NCBI GenBank assembly: GCA_025451295.1
Contig: JANWKQ010000168.1
Coordinates: 911-64,910 of the forward strand
DNA length: 64,000 nt
Direction: 5' to 3'
From: Flavobacteriales bacterium
Lineage (GTDB): Bacteria; Bacteroidota; Bacteroidia; CAIKAF01
Shown: positions 30,623-40,457 of the stretch, piece by piece
How the letters are laid out: every line of letters starts with the position of its first letter
Numbering within the stretch: the first letter of the stretch is position 1
Program-made: the position numbers and the translations under genes
Notes under the pieces: generated by a model
The model's input: only the letters and a program-made list of their open reading frames with translations
The model's database searches: none
Told to the model about the DNA's origin: nothing

Positions 30623-30836
30623 GAACCCTGATTGAAGCAGCAGTAGCCCGCTGACACCAAAGGCTTGAGGGAGGTTTTGTAGGCCGACTGCAGGGACTAA
30701 AGCGAAAAGCCGTTGCAGGCGACAAGCAAAGAGGGTGGTGGTGTGGCCTTCTAAAAAACATATCACAATAAATAAGCCGTATTATGGTTAATATTGCGGT
30801 GCATTTTCACCTTTTTATCCAGAACCACTTGTTGTT

Positions 30837-31577
30837 GTGAAACTATTAGCCATAGACAGAGGGAATTCAAGAACCAAAACCGCACTTCAAACGGGGCACT
30901 CAGAATTTGAATACCAGGTTTTTGAGAATGATCCGGAAGATAGCCTGTTGTTATACATTCGAAGCATTTCGTTTGATGCCGCCATCATGAGCACGGTGGC
31001 CGCGGATAATCTTAAAAAAACATCTGAATACTTACAATCAAAAGGATTTTTTCTCCTGGTTGATCCTCATACATCCCTCCCATTGAAAAATGAATATGCT
31101 ACTCCTGAAACGCTGGGTACAGATCGTATTACCGGAGCAATAGGTGCATGGAAACAAATGGGAGAGAGAGATGTTTTATTGGTGGATGCAGGAACCTGCA
31201 TGAATTACGAATTCGTGATAAATAACATCTATCAGGGCGGGGCTATATCACCCGGACTTCGGATGCGGTTAAAGGCGATGCATGATTATACGGGTAAATT
31301 GCCTTTGCTTGAGGTACCGGATAGCAGCATTGAATTGATCGGCAAATCAACTTCCGGTTGTATGGCTTCCGGAGCTGTACTTGGTCTATGCAGGGAGATA
31401 GAGGGATTTGCGAATGAATATGAGAAAAGATATCCGGGAATAGCAATGGTATTAAGCGGTGGAGATGCCCCGTTTTTGGGCAAATACCTAAAAAATGGCA
31501 TCTTTGCACTCCATAAAGAGGTCGTATTGATAGGGTTGATGGAAATTTTGAAATTTAATCTGAATGCAAAAAACTAA
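30837..31577 (+). CDS. coaX: type III pantothenate kinase
   Basis: N-terminal LAIDRGNSRTK. ASKHA fold. Probable GTG start. Confidence 0.85.
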   Translation: MKLLAIDRGNSRTKTALQTGHSEFEYQVFENDPEDSLLLYIRSISFDAAIMSTVAADNLKKTSEYLQSKGFFLLVDPHTSLPLKNEYATPETLGTDRITGAIGAWKQMGERDVLLVDAGTCMNYEFVINNIYQGGAISPGLRMRLKAMHDYTGKLPLLEVPDSSIELIGKSTSGCMASGAVLGLCREIEGFANEYEKRYPGIAMVLSGGDAPFLGKYLKNGIFALHKEVVLIGLMEILKFNLNAKN

Positions 31578-33030
31578 GGTCGTACTTTTTATTCTTGGAT
31601 TTTTCTGCCTGGTTCAGATCAGCCGTGCTCAATTCGATACACAGAGTCCTTATTCGTATTATGGAATTGGTATACCCATGGGCAATACATTGCAAAATGG
31701 ATTTGCCATGGGTGGTGTGTCTCATGCTTTAAGAGATTCTGCTTGTCTGAATTATTATAATCCTGCTTCGTATAGCAGTATAGATGTTACGCAACTCAAC
31801 TTTGGATTTGAAGGAAATTTTTTAACGCGAATTGATCAGGGGCAAACTTTCAGGAATAACAATGTATTGATCAACCAATTTGGATTGGGAATCCCTCTCA
31901 TGCATAAAAATAGATTTTTAAACTGGGGAATGTTTTTGGGGTATGCTCCCTATGCACAGGTGGGATACCGGCTCGAAGAGTCAGATTCCATTCTGATCAA
32001 TCCAAATGACACAAGCAAAGTATTGGCTGTTTATCGGTATACAGGTACTGGCGGATTGAACCGGCTAACCTGGGGAAATGGATTTCAATTCGGAAAAAAT
32101 TTCAGTCTCGGATTTAATTTCCATTATATTTTCGGGACTTCTAACCGGAGCCGAACATTGGATCTTCCGGCAAGCCAGGGGTATCTAAGTTCAAGAGTGG
32201 ATGAAAAAACCCGGGTGAATGCATTTTCATTTGATATAGGAGCACAGGGCTATTTTAATATTAAGAGAAAAAGATATACGTCTCCCCGGAGGATTACGAT
32301 CGAAAAAAAGGATGAGAATGGGAAAGTGATTTCCCGTAGGGATTCAGTTGTATCAAATGATAAGCGTAGTTATGATTTTAATGCTCCGTTTCGATTTATC
32401 ATCGGAGGAACTTTTAATTACGGAAGTTCTTTTAATGCCGATTTTGAACAACTCGGGATACAATATCTATCAGGAAGTTTTAATGTTCCGGTGGATACTT
32501 TTCTGTTAAATCCGAATCAAACAGGTAATATTACATTACCACATGGTTTTGGTGGAGGATTTGCATTGGTGAATCCCAGGATCTGGCAGGTAACGGCTGA
32601 TTTTAATTATAGACTCTGGAATGATTTCCGTTATTTCGATCAACCAGGATTGGTTTTTAATAACAGTTTGAGTGTTCATGTTGGCAGTGAGTATACTCCC
32701 TACTTTTCCAACAGGGATAGTGGCAGGAGAAGATTCTTTAAAAATCTTGTATTCAGATTAGGTGGAAGGTACCAAAATCGTTTTTACCAGCCTGATGGTA
32801 ATCCGGTTGATGAGGTGGCGGTTAGTTTTGGTCTCGGCTTGCCCTTTGGTTTTGAAAAAAGTTATGATGTGAATTTAACTCAGAAGATCATTGTTTCACA
32901 TATCAATCTCGGATTCGAAGGAGGATTTGCCAATAGCAGAAACAATGGTGTGGTAAATGAGACTTTTTTCAGGTTTAGTATATCCATTGCTTTAAGGGAT
33001 AAGTGGTTCAGGAAGTTTTTCTACAATTAA
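31564..33030 (+). CDS. hypothetical outer-membrane beta-barrel-like protein
   Basis: Signal peptide. Alternating aromatic and Gly-rich beta-strand pattern. C-terminal aromatic residue. Confidence 0.5.
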   Translation: MQKTKVVLFILGFFCLVQISRAQFDTQSPYSYYGIGIPMGNTLQNGFAMGGVSHALRDSACLNYYNPASYSSIDVTQLNFGFEGNFLTRIDQGQTFRNNNVLINQFGLGIPLMHKNRFLNWGMFLGYAPYAQVGYRLEESDSILINPNDTSKVLAVYRYTGTGGLNRLTWGNGFQFGKNFSLGFNFHYIFGTSNRSRTLDLPASQGYLSSRVDEKTRVNAFSFDIGAQGYFNIKRKRYTSPRRITIEKKDENGKVISRRDSVVSNDKRSYDFNAPFRFIIGGTFNYGSSFNADFEQLGIQYLSGSFNVPVDTFLLNPNQTGNITLPHGFGGGFALVNPRIWQVTADFNYRLWNDFRYFDQPGLVFNNSLSVHVGSEYTPYFSNRDSGRRRFFKNLVFRLGGRYQNRFYQPDGNPVDEVAVSFGLGLPFGFEKSYDVNLTQKIIVSHINLGFEGGFANSRNNGVVNETFFRFSISIALRDKWFRKFFYN

Positions 33031-33044
33031 TCCAACATAAATTC

Positions 33045-33593
33045 ATGTCATATAAATTTCTAAAAAAATTTATATTCGGTTGTACCTGTTTCTTCGCAAT
33101 TATTTCCTTTTCATGTAAAAATGATCTGGATAAGGTAAGGGTCGACATGGGAGAAAAAATACCGCTGGCGATCACTAAAAATTTTATTTCCTTGTTCAGC
33201 GATAGCGGAAAGGTTATTTTGAAAATCGAAGCACCCCTTCGAAAAGATTATATGGAAGATGAGTTTTACAGCGAGCTGCCCGAAGGGATCAAGGTTACTT
33301 TTTTTGATATGAATGATAAGATCATTGCAAATCTCACAGCCGATTATGCTATCATCAAAGGTTCCGGAATGTTTGTGCAGGGGCATGTAAGGATGAAGAG
33401 CAAAGAAAACGGTTTGCTATCGACCGAATCGTTGTTGTGGAACAGCGAAAAAAAGGAAATTACCACGATCGATGCGGTAGAGATCCGGCAGGAAAAAAAA
33501 CGCATCATAGGTCAGGGTCTCTGGGCCAAGCAAGATTTTAGTCAATACCAAATGACAGTTGTTACCGGAACCTTCCCCATTTCAGATAATTAG
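33045..33593 (+). CDS. LptC-like periplasmic protein (membrane-anchored)
   Basis: Size (~180 aa). N-terminal anchor. Sits upstream of a CorC/GldE-like gene, as commonly seen in Bacteroidota. Identity is tentative. Confidence 0.35.
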   Translation: MSYKFLKKFIFGCTCFFAIISFSCKNDLDKVRVDMGEKIPLAITKNFISLFSDSGKVILKIEAPLRKDYMEDEFYSELPEGIKVTFFDMNDKIIANLTADYAIIKGSGMFVQGHVRMKSKENGLLSTESLLWNSEKKEITTIDAVEIRQEKKRIIGQGLWAKQDFSQYQMTVVTGTFPISDN

Positions 33594-33705
33594 AATTCAG
33601 TGTTTTCTTTGCGCCTTAGCGTCTCCGCGGTGAAACTTACATAGTTCAATAAATCACCAGGACTATCAAAAAAAATCCTTACTTTGTGGTAGCATATTTT
33701 CGTCA

Positions 33706-34989
33706 ATGAACCAGGAGGTTATTTTATTCTTGCTTTTTCTGTCGGTACTGTTGTCAGCATTTTTTGCCGGCACGGAAATGGCTTTTGTGTCAAGCAACAA
33801 GTTCAAGGTAGAGCTCGATAAAAACAAGGATAATTTTACAGGGAAACTATTAGGGATCGTTACACGCAGTCCATCAAAATTTATTGGTACCATGCTTGTG
33901 GGTAACAGCATATCGCTGGTGGTATTTGGGGTGATGGCTGCTCTTTTGCTCGAACCTCCGGTTGAAAAACTTTTTATTCTCTGGTTTGAAAAGGCGCCTA
34001 AGGTAATGGTGATCATTACACAAACAGTTATTTCTACTTTTTTTATTCTCATCACGGCAGAATTTTTACCGAAGGTGATCTCAAGTTTGAATCCGAACCG
34101 GTTCTTAAATCTATTTGTTTTACCCACTACCTTTTTTTATTACCTGTTTCAGTTACCTGTTTTTATCGTTGTTTTTATCTCGAAAAATATTCTGATGCTG
34201 TTTAAGGTAAAAATGAAGGAGGAAGAGATCACTTTCGAAAAAACGGATCTGAACTATTATCTCCGCCAGGTTACTAATTCGGGGACACATACAAAAGTGG
34301 AAGTGGAGAATGAGGTAAAGATCCTGCAAAACGTATTGGATTTTCCCAGTGTAAGAGCCAGGGATTGCATGGTTCCTAGAACAGAGATTGTTGGTATCGA
34401 ACAAAATGCCTCTATTGAAGATCTTAAAAAAGTCTTCCTCGATTCCGGACATAGCAAGATACTGGTCTATCGTGATTCAATTGACGATATCATCGGATTT
34501 GTGCATAGCTATGGTCTTTTTAAAAATCCAAAAGATTTTAAGGAGCTTATTATGCCTATTATGATCGTACCGGAAACCATGTTTGTAAAAGATATCCTTA
34601 CCCAGTTTGGTCAGCAACGCAGAAGCATTTCAGTGGTGGTGGATGAGTATGGAGGCACTGCGGGTATCATCAATATGGAGGATATCATCGAGCAGATCTT
34701 TGGGGAGATCGATGATGAAATGGATACTGAAGAAACAGTGCAGAAAAAAATCTCCGAAAATGAATATCTGTTTTCAGCCAGGCTTGAAATTGATTATCTG
34801 AATGATGAATATCATTTGAATCTGCCTGAAAGTGAGGAGTATACGACTTTGGCTGGAATGATCCTGGCCTTTAATGAGAACCTACCACAGGAAGGTGATG
34901 AGATCGAGGTCAGAAACTTCAAGTTTTTAATCAATCAGGTGAGTGAAACCCGTATTGAAGAAGTAAGCCTTTATATTCGCAAAGATTAG
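33706..34989 (+). CDS. CNNM/CorC-HlyC family membrane protein (GldE homolog; DUF21 + CBS pair + CorC_HlyC)
   Basis: Four N-terminal TM helices (DUF21), a CBS pair, and a C-terminal CorC_HlyC transporter-associated domain. Confidence 0.8.
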   Translation: MNQEVILFLLFLSVLLSAFFAGTEMAFVSSNKFKVELDKNKDNFTGKLLGIVTRSPSKFIGTMLVGNSISLVVFGVMAALLLEPPVEKLFILWFEKAPKVMVIITQTVISTFFILITAEFLPKVISSLNPNRFLNLFVLPTTFFYYLFQLPVFIVVFISKNILMLFKVKMKEEEITFEKTDLNYYLRQVTNSGTHTKVEVENEVKILQNVLDFPSVRARDCMVPRTEIVGIEQNASIEDLKKVFLDSGHSKILVYRDSIDDIIGFVHSYGLFKNPKDFKELIMPIMIVPETMFVKDILTQFGQQRRSISVVVDEYGGTAGIINMEDIIEQIFGEIDDEMDTEETVQKKISENEYLFSARLEIDYLNDEYHLNLPESEEYTTLAGMILAFNENLPQEGDEIEVRNFKFLINQVSETRIEEVSLYIRKD

Positions 34990-34995
34990 GCTGTG

Positions 34996-35110
34996 CTATC
35001 CGGTGTTTCGCTAAACTCTCCTGCTCAAACGTAGGCTCATTCATCCTGCCATCCAGTTATTCCGCCTGCGCTATATAAGGGCTTGCAAGGCATTCGCTCT
35101 GCATTTGAGC
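34996..35110 (+). repeat. possible degenerate copy C of the intergenic repeat family
   Basis: Shares the 13-mer ccggtgtttcgct with copy A. Weaker motif-2-like caaggcattcgct. Confidence 0.3.
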
Positions 35111-35242
35111 TGCGGTGGACCAACACGGTAGCAGTTTTCAGATCAAAAAATCGTCTAAAGGCCTTATTTACGGGTCATTTTATCATCAAAAAGTGTATAT
35201 TCGTGCCTATTTTTTACAAACCAGGGGCATTGTAAAAACAGC

Positions 35243-37414
35243 ATGTCCCGCAAATTTTTGTTGCAAATGGCAATTATCGGAAGCATAAGAAAAAGAGGAA
35301 CTTTAATTGTAGTGATTGTTGGACTTTCACTGGGAGCATTTATTCTTGGGGGTGCCCAGAACCTTTTTGTGACCAACAATAATACGGTGGCATCTTTTAA
35401 CGGTAATAAATTTCCCGTTGAAAAATATCAGCAACAATTAGAAGAAAAGAAAGCATTCGTAAGCATGCTCAATCCAGGAATGGAATTGGACGAAGCAACC
35501 GAGGATGCTTTGAAAGATGAAGTATGGGAAGATTTGCTCAGACAATTTGTCTACGAAAAACAATATTCAGTGGTAGGTTTAAAAATCGGTGAAGAAGAAT
35601 TAAACGACCTTTTTGTTGGAGAAACAGTAGACCCAAGCATTAAACAGCAGTTTGTAAATCAACAGACCGGAAAATTCGATCCGAACCTGGTACAGCAATA
35701 TGCCCAACAGTTTGAAGATGCCAGCCAGGTGCCACAGGATAAAATAGATGAGTGGAATGCAAGAAAAGCTTATTGGGGTTATTTGCAGAATAAAATAAAG
35801 AACGATCGTTACTCTAATAAATACATGAACATGGTTACCAAAGGCTTATATGTAACCACGAAGGAAGCCAGTTCGATGTATAAAGCGAATAATGATAGGG
35901 CCAATGTTCGTTTTGTTGTAAAACCATATTCTACCATCGCTGATAGCACGATTTCATTTACCGAGGAAGAACTGGTTAATTTCTTTAAGGAGCATAAATA
36001 TAGAATGCGTTCAAAAAAATCCAAGAGCATTAAGTATGGAGTGTTCTTATCGATCCCAACTGTTGGTGATACGGCTGCATTGAGAAGCAACATCATAAAA
36101 CTAAGAGATGAGCTGGCCACTACGGATGATGATACGCTTTTTGTTGCTCAGAATTCAGAAGAATCACCCGAGCCTGTTTTCGTAAAGAAAAATGTGATCA
36201 ATAAAGACCTCGATAGTTTATTGTTTGATGCCCCAACAGGAACGGTAGCTGGGCCTTTTATTGAGAATGGATATTTTCTGATAGGTAAAAAGCTGATCGA
36301 AAGATTCCAACCTGATTCATGTAAGGCGCGTCATATTCTTATACAGCCAACAGAAAATAGTGAAGCGGCAGTAGGAATTGCCCAAAAATTACAGGACAGT
36401 ATTTATAATGTCTTAAAAGCTGACATGTCTAAGTTTGCCGAGCTCGCTGCTAAATTCTCAAAAGATGGCAGTGCAAAGGATACCGGTAACTTAGGATGGT
36501 TTGGTAAAGGACAAATGGTAGCAGAATTCAACGATTCCTGTTTCATGGGTAAAAAGGGTGATTTAAAAAAGGTAACCAGTCAGTTTGGGTATCATATCAT
36601 TTTGATCCTCGATCAAACGGCCCCTGTAAAAGAATCTCAGATAGCGATGGTTGTTAAGGCCATTAAGCCAAGTGAAGAAACCAAAAAAGTACAATATAAC
36701 CTGGCCAACGAAATGGCGTATGGCAAGCCTACTGATAAAAAAGCAGATGTGGTGAAGTACATGGATGATTTTGCGAAGAAGAATAATATCATCTATCGTG
36801 ATGAAGCTTCCATAACAGAAGCTACGAAGAATATTCTCAATATGCCGAATACCAAACAGATCGTGAAATGGGCATTAGGCGCCAAGCGTGGAGATGTCTC
36901 TGATATTTTTGAATCGGATGATAATTATATTGTAGCCGTGGTGAATGCGAATCGTCCTGAAGGTATTCCTGCACTGAATGATGTTAGAGATGATGTAATT
37001 GCGGCATTCCGTCGTCACAAAAAAGCGGAAAAATTCATTGGTGAATTTAACTCAGCTTTGGCGATGAGTAAAACGATCGATGCGCTTTCATCAGCGCTTA
37101 AATTGAATATTGGAACTGCAGCGGATATTTCATTCGGAAGTTATTTTATTCCGGGAGCCGGTATTGAACCAGCTTTAATGGGAACGATCTTCGGATTAAA
37201 ACAAGGCATGCTCAGCAAACCGGTTGAAGGAAATAGTGGTGTATTTGTGGTGGTGGTAGATAAGTTTACGGCGGCACCTGTTTTGCCCGACTATAGTCAG
37301 ATGAAAAGCGATGTAAGTAAGTCTTATGGAAAAAGCAGAATGCAGGATATCATCAATGCCATTAAGGAAAAAGCGAATGTAAAAGACAATCGTTATAAGT
37401 TTGATATATTCTAA
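35243..37414 (+). CDS. PpiD/SurA-like peptidylprolyl isomerase (parvulin domain)
   Basis: N-terminal membrane anchor. SurA_N-like region. PpiC rotamase motifs (ARHILIQ…GNLGWFGKGQMV…GYHIILI). Confidence 0.8.
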   Translation: MSRKFLLQMAIIGSIRKRGTLIVVIVGLSLGAFILGGAQNLFVTNNNTVASFNGNKFPVEKYQQQLEEKKAFVSMLNPGMELDEATEDALKDEVWEDLLRQFVYEKQYSVVGLKIGEEELNDLFVGETVDPSIKQQFVNQQTGKFDPNLVQQYAQQFEDASQVPQDKIDEWNARKAYWGYLQNKIKNDRYSNKYMNMVTKGLYVTTKEASSMYKANNDRANVRFVVKPYSTIADSTISFTEEELVNFFKEHKYRMRSKKSKSIKYGVFLSIPTVGDTAALRSNIIKLRDELATTDDDTLFVAQNSEESPEPVFVKKNVINKDLDSLLFDAPTGTVAGPFIENGYFLIGKKLIERFQPDSCKARHILIQPTENSEAAVGIAQKLQDSIYNVLKADMSKFAELAAKFSKDGSAKDTGNLGWFGKGQMVAEFNDSCFMGKKGDLKKVTSQFGYHIILILDQTAPVKESQIAMVVKAIKPSEETKKVQYNLANEMAYGKPTDKKADVVKYMDDFAKKNNIIYRDEASITEATKNILNMPNTKQIVKWALGAKRGDVSDIFESDDNYIVAVVNANRPEGIPALNDVRDDVIAAFRRHKKAEKFIGEFNSALAMSKTIDALSSALKLNIGTAADISFGSYFIPGAGIEPALMGTIFGLKQGMLSKPVEGNSGVFVVVVDKFTAAPVLPDYSQMKSDVSKSYGKSRMQDIINAIKEKANVKDNRYKFDIF

Positions 37415-37433
37415 ACGAAGAATTTATTTTTTA

Positions 37434-37462
37434 AAAAGCCTCTCCGAACAAGAGAGGCTTTT
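37434..37462. terminator. bidirectional terminator between ppiD-like (+) and pgeF (-)
   Basis: agcctctc…gagaggct hairpin followed by a T-run, with an A-run upstream. Confidence 0.55.
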
Positions 37463-38251
37463 TTATTTTAGCATGATACAGGAGGCAAATCTTCCCGTCT
37501 TGTTTTTAAAATAACGGGCTGAATAAAAAGTCTCATGATTTTTAAAAGTGCAAAGGCCTGAGATCTCAATATTATTTTCCGGGACACCGTGGTTGATCAA
37601 CCAGGTTTTGTTGGCCAGCCAAAGATCCACATGTGCTTTATCACCGTGGTAATTGGAAATAAGATCCGAAGAATTCGCAAATGCATTTTTAACTGCTTCG
37701 ATCACTTCCGGACCCACTTCATAGTTTTCAGCACAAATGGAAGGACCGATCCCTGCAAGAATATTTTCCGGTTGTGAATTGAATTCTGTTTTCAACGCAG
37801 ATACTACTTTATCTACAATCCCATTTACAGTTCCTTTCCAGCCTGCATGGATCGAAGCAACCACTTTTTCTTTTTTATCAAACAAGAGAATGGGTACACA
37901 ATCTGCACCCAAAGCGGCAATGGCCATATTTTCTTCAGCAGTGATCAATGCATCGTTGTTCTCACGGGTATCGCGAAAGTTTTTTTCGGTAATAATTTTA
38001 TAATTGGTAGAATGGGTTTGTTTTTGAAAAACCAGTCTTTCAAAAGGTACTCCCATAAATCCGGCTAATCTTCTGCGGTTCTCCTCCACGTAGTTTAAAT
38101 GATCTTCCACCCCATAACCCAGATTCAACGAATCGGCATATCCTTCGGATATTCCACCTTTCCGGGTGGAGATAGCGTGTCGGATGCTGCTTTGATCTAA
38201 TAAGTTCTCAAATTGAAATACTTCCAGATGGGTTTCTTTGTTTAATTTCAT
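37463..38251 (-). CDS. pgeF: peptidoglycan editing factor PgeF (YfiH/DUF152, laccase-domain protein)
   Basis: Conserved His/Cys residues and family length. Confidence 0.8.
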   Translation of the reverse strand: MKLNKETHLEVFQFENLLDQSSIRHAISTRKGGISEGYADSLNLGYGVEDHLNYVEENRRRLAGFMGVPFERLVFQKQTHSTNYKIITEKNFRDTRENNDALITAEENMAIAALGADCVPILLFDKKEKVVASIHAGWKGTVNGIVDKVVSALKTEFNSQPENILAGIGPSICAENYEVGPEVIEAVKNAFANSSDLISNYHGDKAHVDLWLANKTWLINHGVPENNIEISGLCTFKNHETFYSARYFKNKTGRFASCIMLK

Positions 38252-38937
38252 TCTGCTTCTTTCAATAGTTTTTCCACCACCTGTCTTACGCCTTCGCTGG
38301 CTTTCATTTCGTAGGTTTCCATTTTTTGTATTCCACTTACTTCAGGAATTTTTCGGTCAATAATGATCTTTCTTTTTTCCGCTGGAGCATAGGTTAGGAT
38401 CCCGGCAGCCGGATAAACCTGGAGACTGGTTCCTACCACCATAATGATCTCAGCATTCACAACCTCTTTTAGTGCAACGGACATCATCGGCACATCTTCC
38501 CCAAACCAAACGATATGTGGTCTAAGCTGACTTCCTTTACCACACTTGTCACCTAACTTGATGTCCTCTTTCCAATCGTACACCAGAGATTCATCCAACG
38601 TACTTCTCACTTTCAACAGTTCACCATGTAAATGAATAATGTTTTTTGAGCCGGCTCTTTCATGAAGATCATCTACGTTTTGAGTAACGATCACTACCTC
38701 ATATTTCGCTTCGAGATTTACGAGGAGTTTGTGGGCATCATTGGGTTCTACTTCACGTAATTGTTTTCTTCGTAAGTTGTAAAACTCAAGCACCAACTCT
38801 TTGTTCTTATGCCAGCCTTGTGGTGATGCCACTTCCATAATATCATGCCCTTCCCATAAACCACCGGCATCCCGAAATGTTTTAATCCCGCTTTCTTCAC
38901 TAATACCCGCTCCGGTTAATACAACAATTTTTTTCAT
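38248..38937 (-). CDS. cobB: NAD-dependent protein deacylase (Sir2 family)
   Basis: GAGIS…G…FR Sir2 motif. Zn-ribbon cysteines. Confidence 0.85.
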   Translation of the reverse strand: MKKIVVLTGAGISEESGIKTFRDAGGLWEGHDIMEVASPQGWHKNKELVLEFYNLRRKQLREVEPNDAHKLLVNLEAKYEVVIVTQNVDDLHERAGSKNIIHLHGELLKVRSTLDESLVYDWKEDIKLGDKCGKGSQLRPHIVWFGEDVPMMSVALKEVVNAEIIMVVGTSLQVYPAAGILTYAPAEKRKIIIDRKIPEVSGIQKMETYEMKASEGVRQVVEKLLKEAE

Positions 38938-38984
38938 GGATCAACTTTGATGGATAAAGTTACAAATAATCTCCAATGGCATAG

Positions 38985-39128
38985 GGATAGAAGCGGCATC
39001 CTTTTTATTGCTTCCCAAAACCATTTTCGATGCAGCAGTACAGACGTGCCCTGGCACGTCTCCTCAAATTGACGAAACTACGCGAACAGCAATAAAAAGA
39101 TATAGCGAATAGCCCGTTGCGCCATAGC
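38985..39128 (-). repeat. copy D of the dispersed intergenic repeat family (inverted orientation)
   Basis: On the minus strand it contains motif 1 (ttcgctatatctttttattgctg), the palindrome (agacgtgccagggcacgtct) and motif 2 (gcaataaaaaggatgccgcttc), in the same order and spacing as copy A. Confidence 0.5.
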
Positions 39129-39163
39129 TAAAGGCGAGGCGAGGAGGGAGGCGCAATGCCCAT

Positions 39164-39187
39164 AAAAAAGCCCCTCCGAAAAGGGGC
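39164..39187 (-). terminator. terminator for the 39213..39917 gene
   Basis: gcccctccgaaaaggggc hairpin with a T-run on the minus strand. Confidence 0.5.
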
Positions 39188-39212
39188 CTGTTACTCTATC
39201 ACAAATCAAACA

Positions 39213-39917
39213 TTATTTTTCCTGGAGGTCATCATCAAATCCTTTATCACCACCCTTTTTCTTCCGTTCACCTTTTTTATTCTTTCTATACTCCTTTATT
39301 AGTTTGATCTGATCTTCCGATAGAATTTTCTTAACACCTTCTTTTTTATCTTCATTAATGACTTTCATCGCATTCTTCATTCCATCAGTACCCAGATCGT
39401 TGGCACAAAAAGCCGCTTTTTTTCTGGTAGCCAGATCTGTCAACAAAACCTTCATGTCATTACGTTGGTTTCCGGTGAATTTTACAATTTCATCTATTTG
39501 ATCGAGGCGATGATCAATCCTCTCATCCAGACTACCTCCTTTTTTATGATCCTGTTTTTTACCTTTATGTTCCGCCTTCTTTTCTTTTAAATGTGTTTTC
39601 AAAAGTTTCACCTGGTCATTCGATAGGATTTTTTTTACACCCGCTTTTTTCTCTTTCTGAATATCCTTCATTGCATTTTTCATTCCTGCCGAACCTATTT
39701 CGTTGGTACAAAAGGCATCTTTCTTCTTTTTGGCAAGATCTGTAAGCAAGATCTTCAGATCGTTTCGCTGTGTGCCGGTAAATTTGACCACTTCATCCAT
39801 TTTATCAAGGCGGCGATCCACCCGGTCTTCTATAGTTCCACCACCGCGGTGATGCTGGCTGAAGCTAAAGGCTACCATACCAAGGAATACTGCTATACTT
39901 AATGTTAACCGTTTCAT
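39213..39917 (-). CDS. secreted Lys-rich protein with two ~100-aa internal repeats, LTXXQ/Spy-CpxP-like
   Basis: Signal peptide. Internal duplication (…RLDKMDEVVKFTGTQRNDLKILLTDLAKKKKDAFC… versus …RLDQIDEIVKFTGNQRNDMKVLLTDLATRKKAAFC…). LS(N/E)DQ motifs resemble LTXXQ. Confidence 0.45.
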   Translation of the reverse strand: MKRLTLSIAVFLGMVAFSFSQHHRGGGTIEDRVDRRLDKMDEVVKFTGTQRNDLKILLTDLAKKKKDAFCTNEIGSAGMKNAMKDIQKEKKAGVKKILSNDQVKLLKTHLKEKKAEHKGKKQDHKKGGSLDERIDHRLDQIDEIVKFTGNQRNDMKVLLTDLATRKKAAFCANDLGTDGMKNAMKVINEDKKEGVKKILSEDQIKLIKEYRKNKKGERKKKGGDKGFDDDLQEK

Positions 39918-40027
39918 CTTTATTCGTTTTAGTTTAGGGATTGGATGGTCGAAAATCCAAAAGGTTTAATGGGTGGCTGTGAAAATAAATTAAAAACTCC
40001 GCCTCGCCAGAGTTTTGGAGTATTTTA

Positions 40028-40363
40028 TTAATTGCCGCGATCCAGGCGTTTGTTTCTTTTTTTACGAAGATTTGTTTTTGGTTTTGCTTTGGCTTGGATC
40101 CGGTTTTTTTTGATCCTGTGAGTTGATGCTTTCTTTTGATTACGCGTTATATAAGCATTGGTATTTCCATTCTGCTTGGTTCTGCCATGCGAATTGAACC
40201 TGTTCTTGGCTGAATGTTTTACATGTTTATTTGTTTTTAAAGTATTTGGACCTTTTCTGGTATTTAAACAAGGGTTTCCAAAATTAGATCCAACCTGCGC
40301 CGTGGCAACAACCATTGTGAATAAGGTAACGAGAAGAATGGCTAAAAGGGATTTAGTTTTCAT
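40028..40363 (-). CDS. small secreted, extremely basic (K/R/N-rich) protein
   Basis: Signal peptide MKTK…TAQ followed by a low-complexity basic region. Confidence 0.4.
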   Translation of the reverse strand: MKTKSLLAILLVTLFTMVVATAQVGSNFGNPCLNTRKGPNTLKTNKHVKHSAKNRFNSHGRTKQNGNTNAYITRNQKKASTHRIKKNRIQAKAKPKTNLRKKRNKRLDRGN

Positions 40364-40399
40364 GACTCAACTTTTCATAGGGAATCCAAATTGCGTGCC

Positions 40400-40435
40400 A
40401 AAAGAAAACGCCGGGTTGTTCCGGCGTTTGTATGA
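40400..40435 (-). terminator. terminator for the His/Cys-rich protein gene
   Basis: aacgccgg…ccggcgtt hairpin followed by a T-rich tract on the minus strand. Confidence 0.5.
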
Positions 40436-40457
40436 TCTGTTTTATGAAGTTCAATGT

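Noticed and set aside
30396-30761. 121-aa minus-strand ORF overlapping tRNA-Phe
   Set aside because: It overlaps a confidently identified tRNA and terminator. Pro/Ser/Arg-rich translation of GC-rich noncoding DNA.
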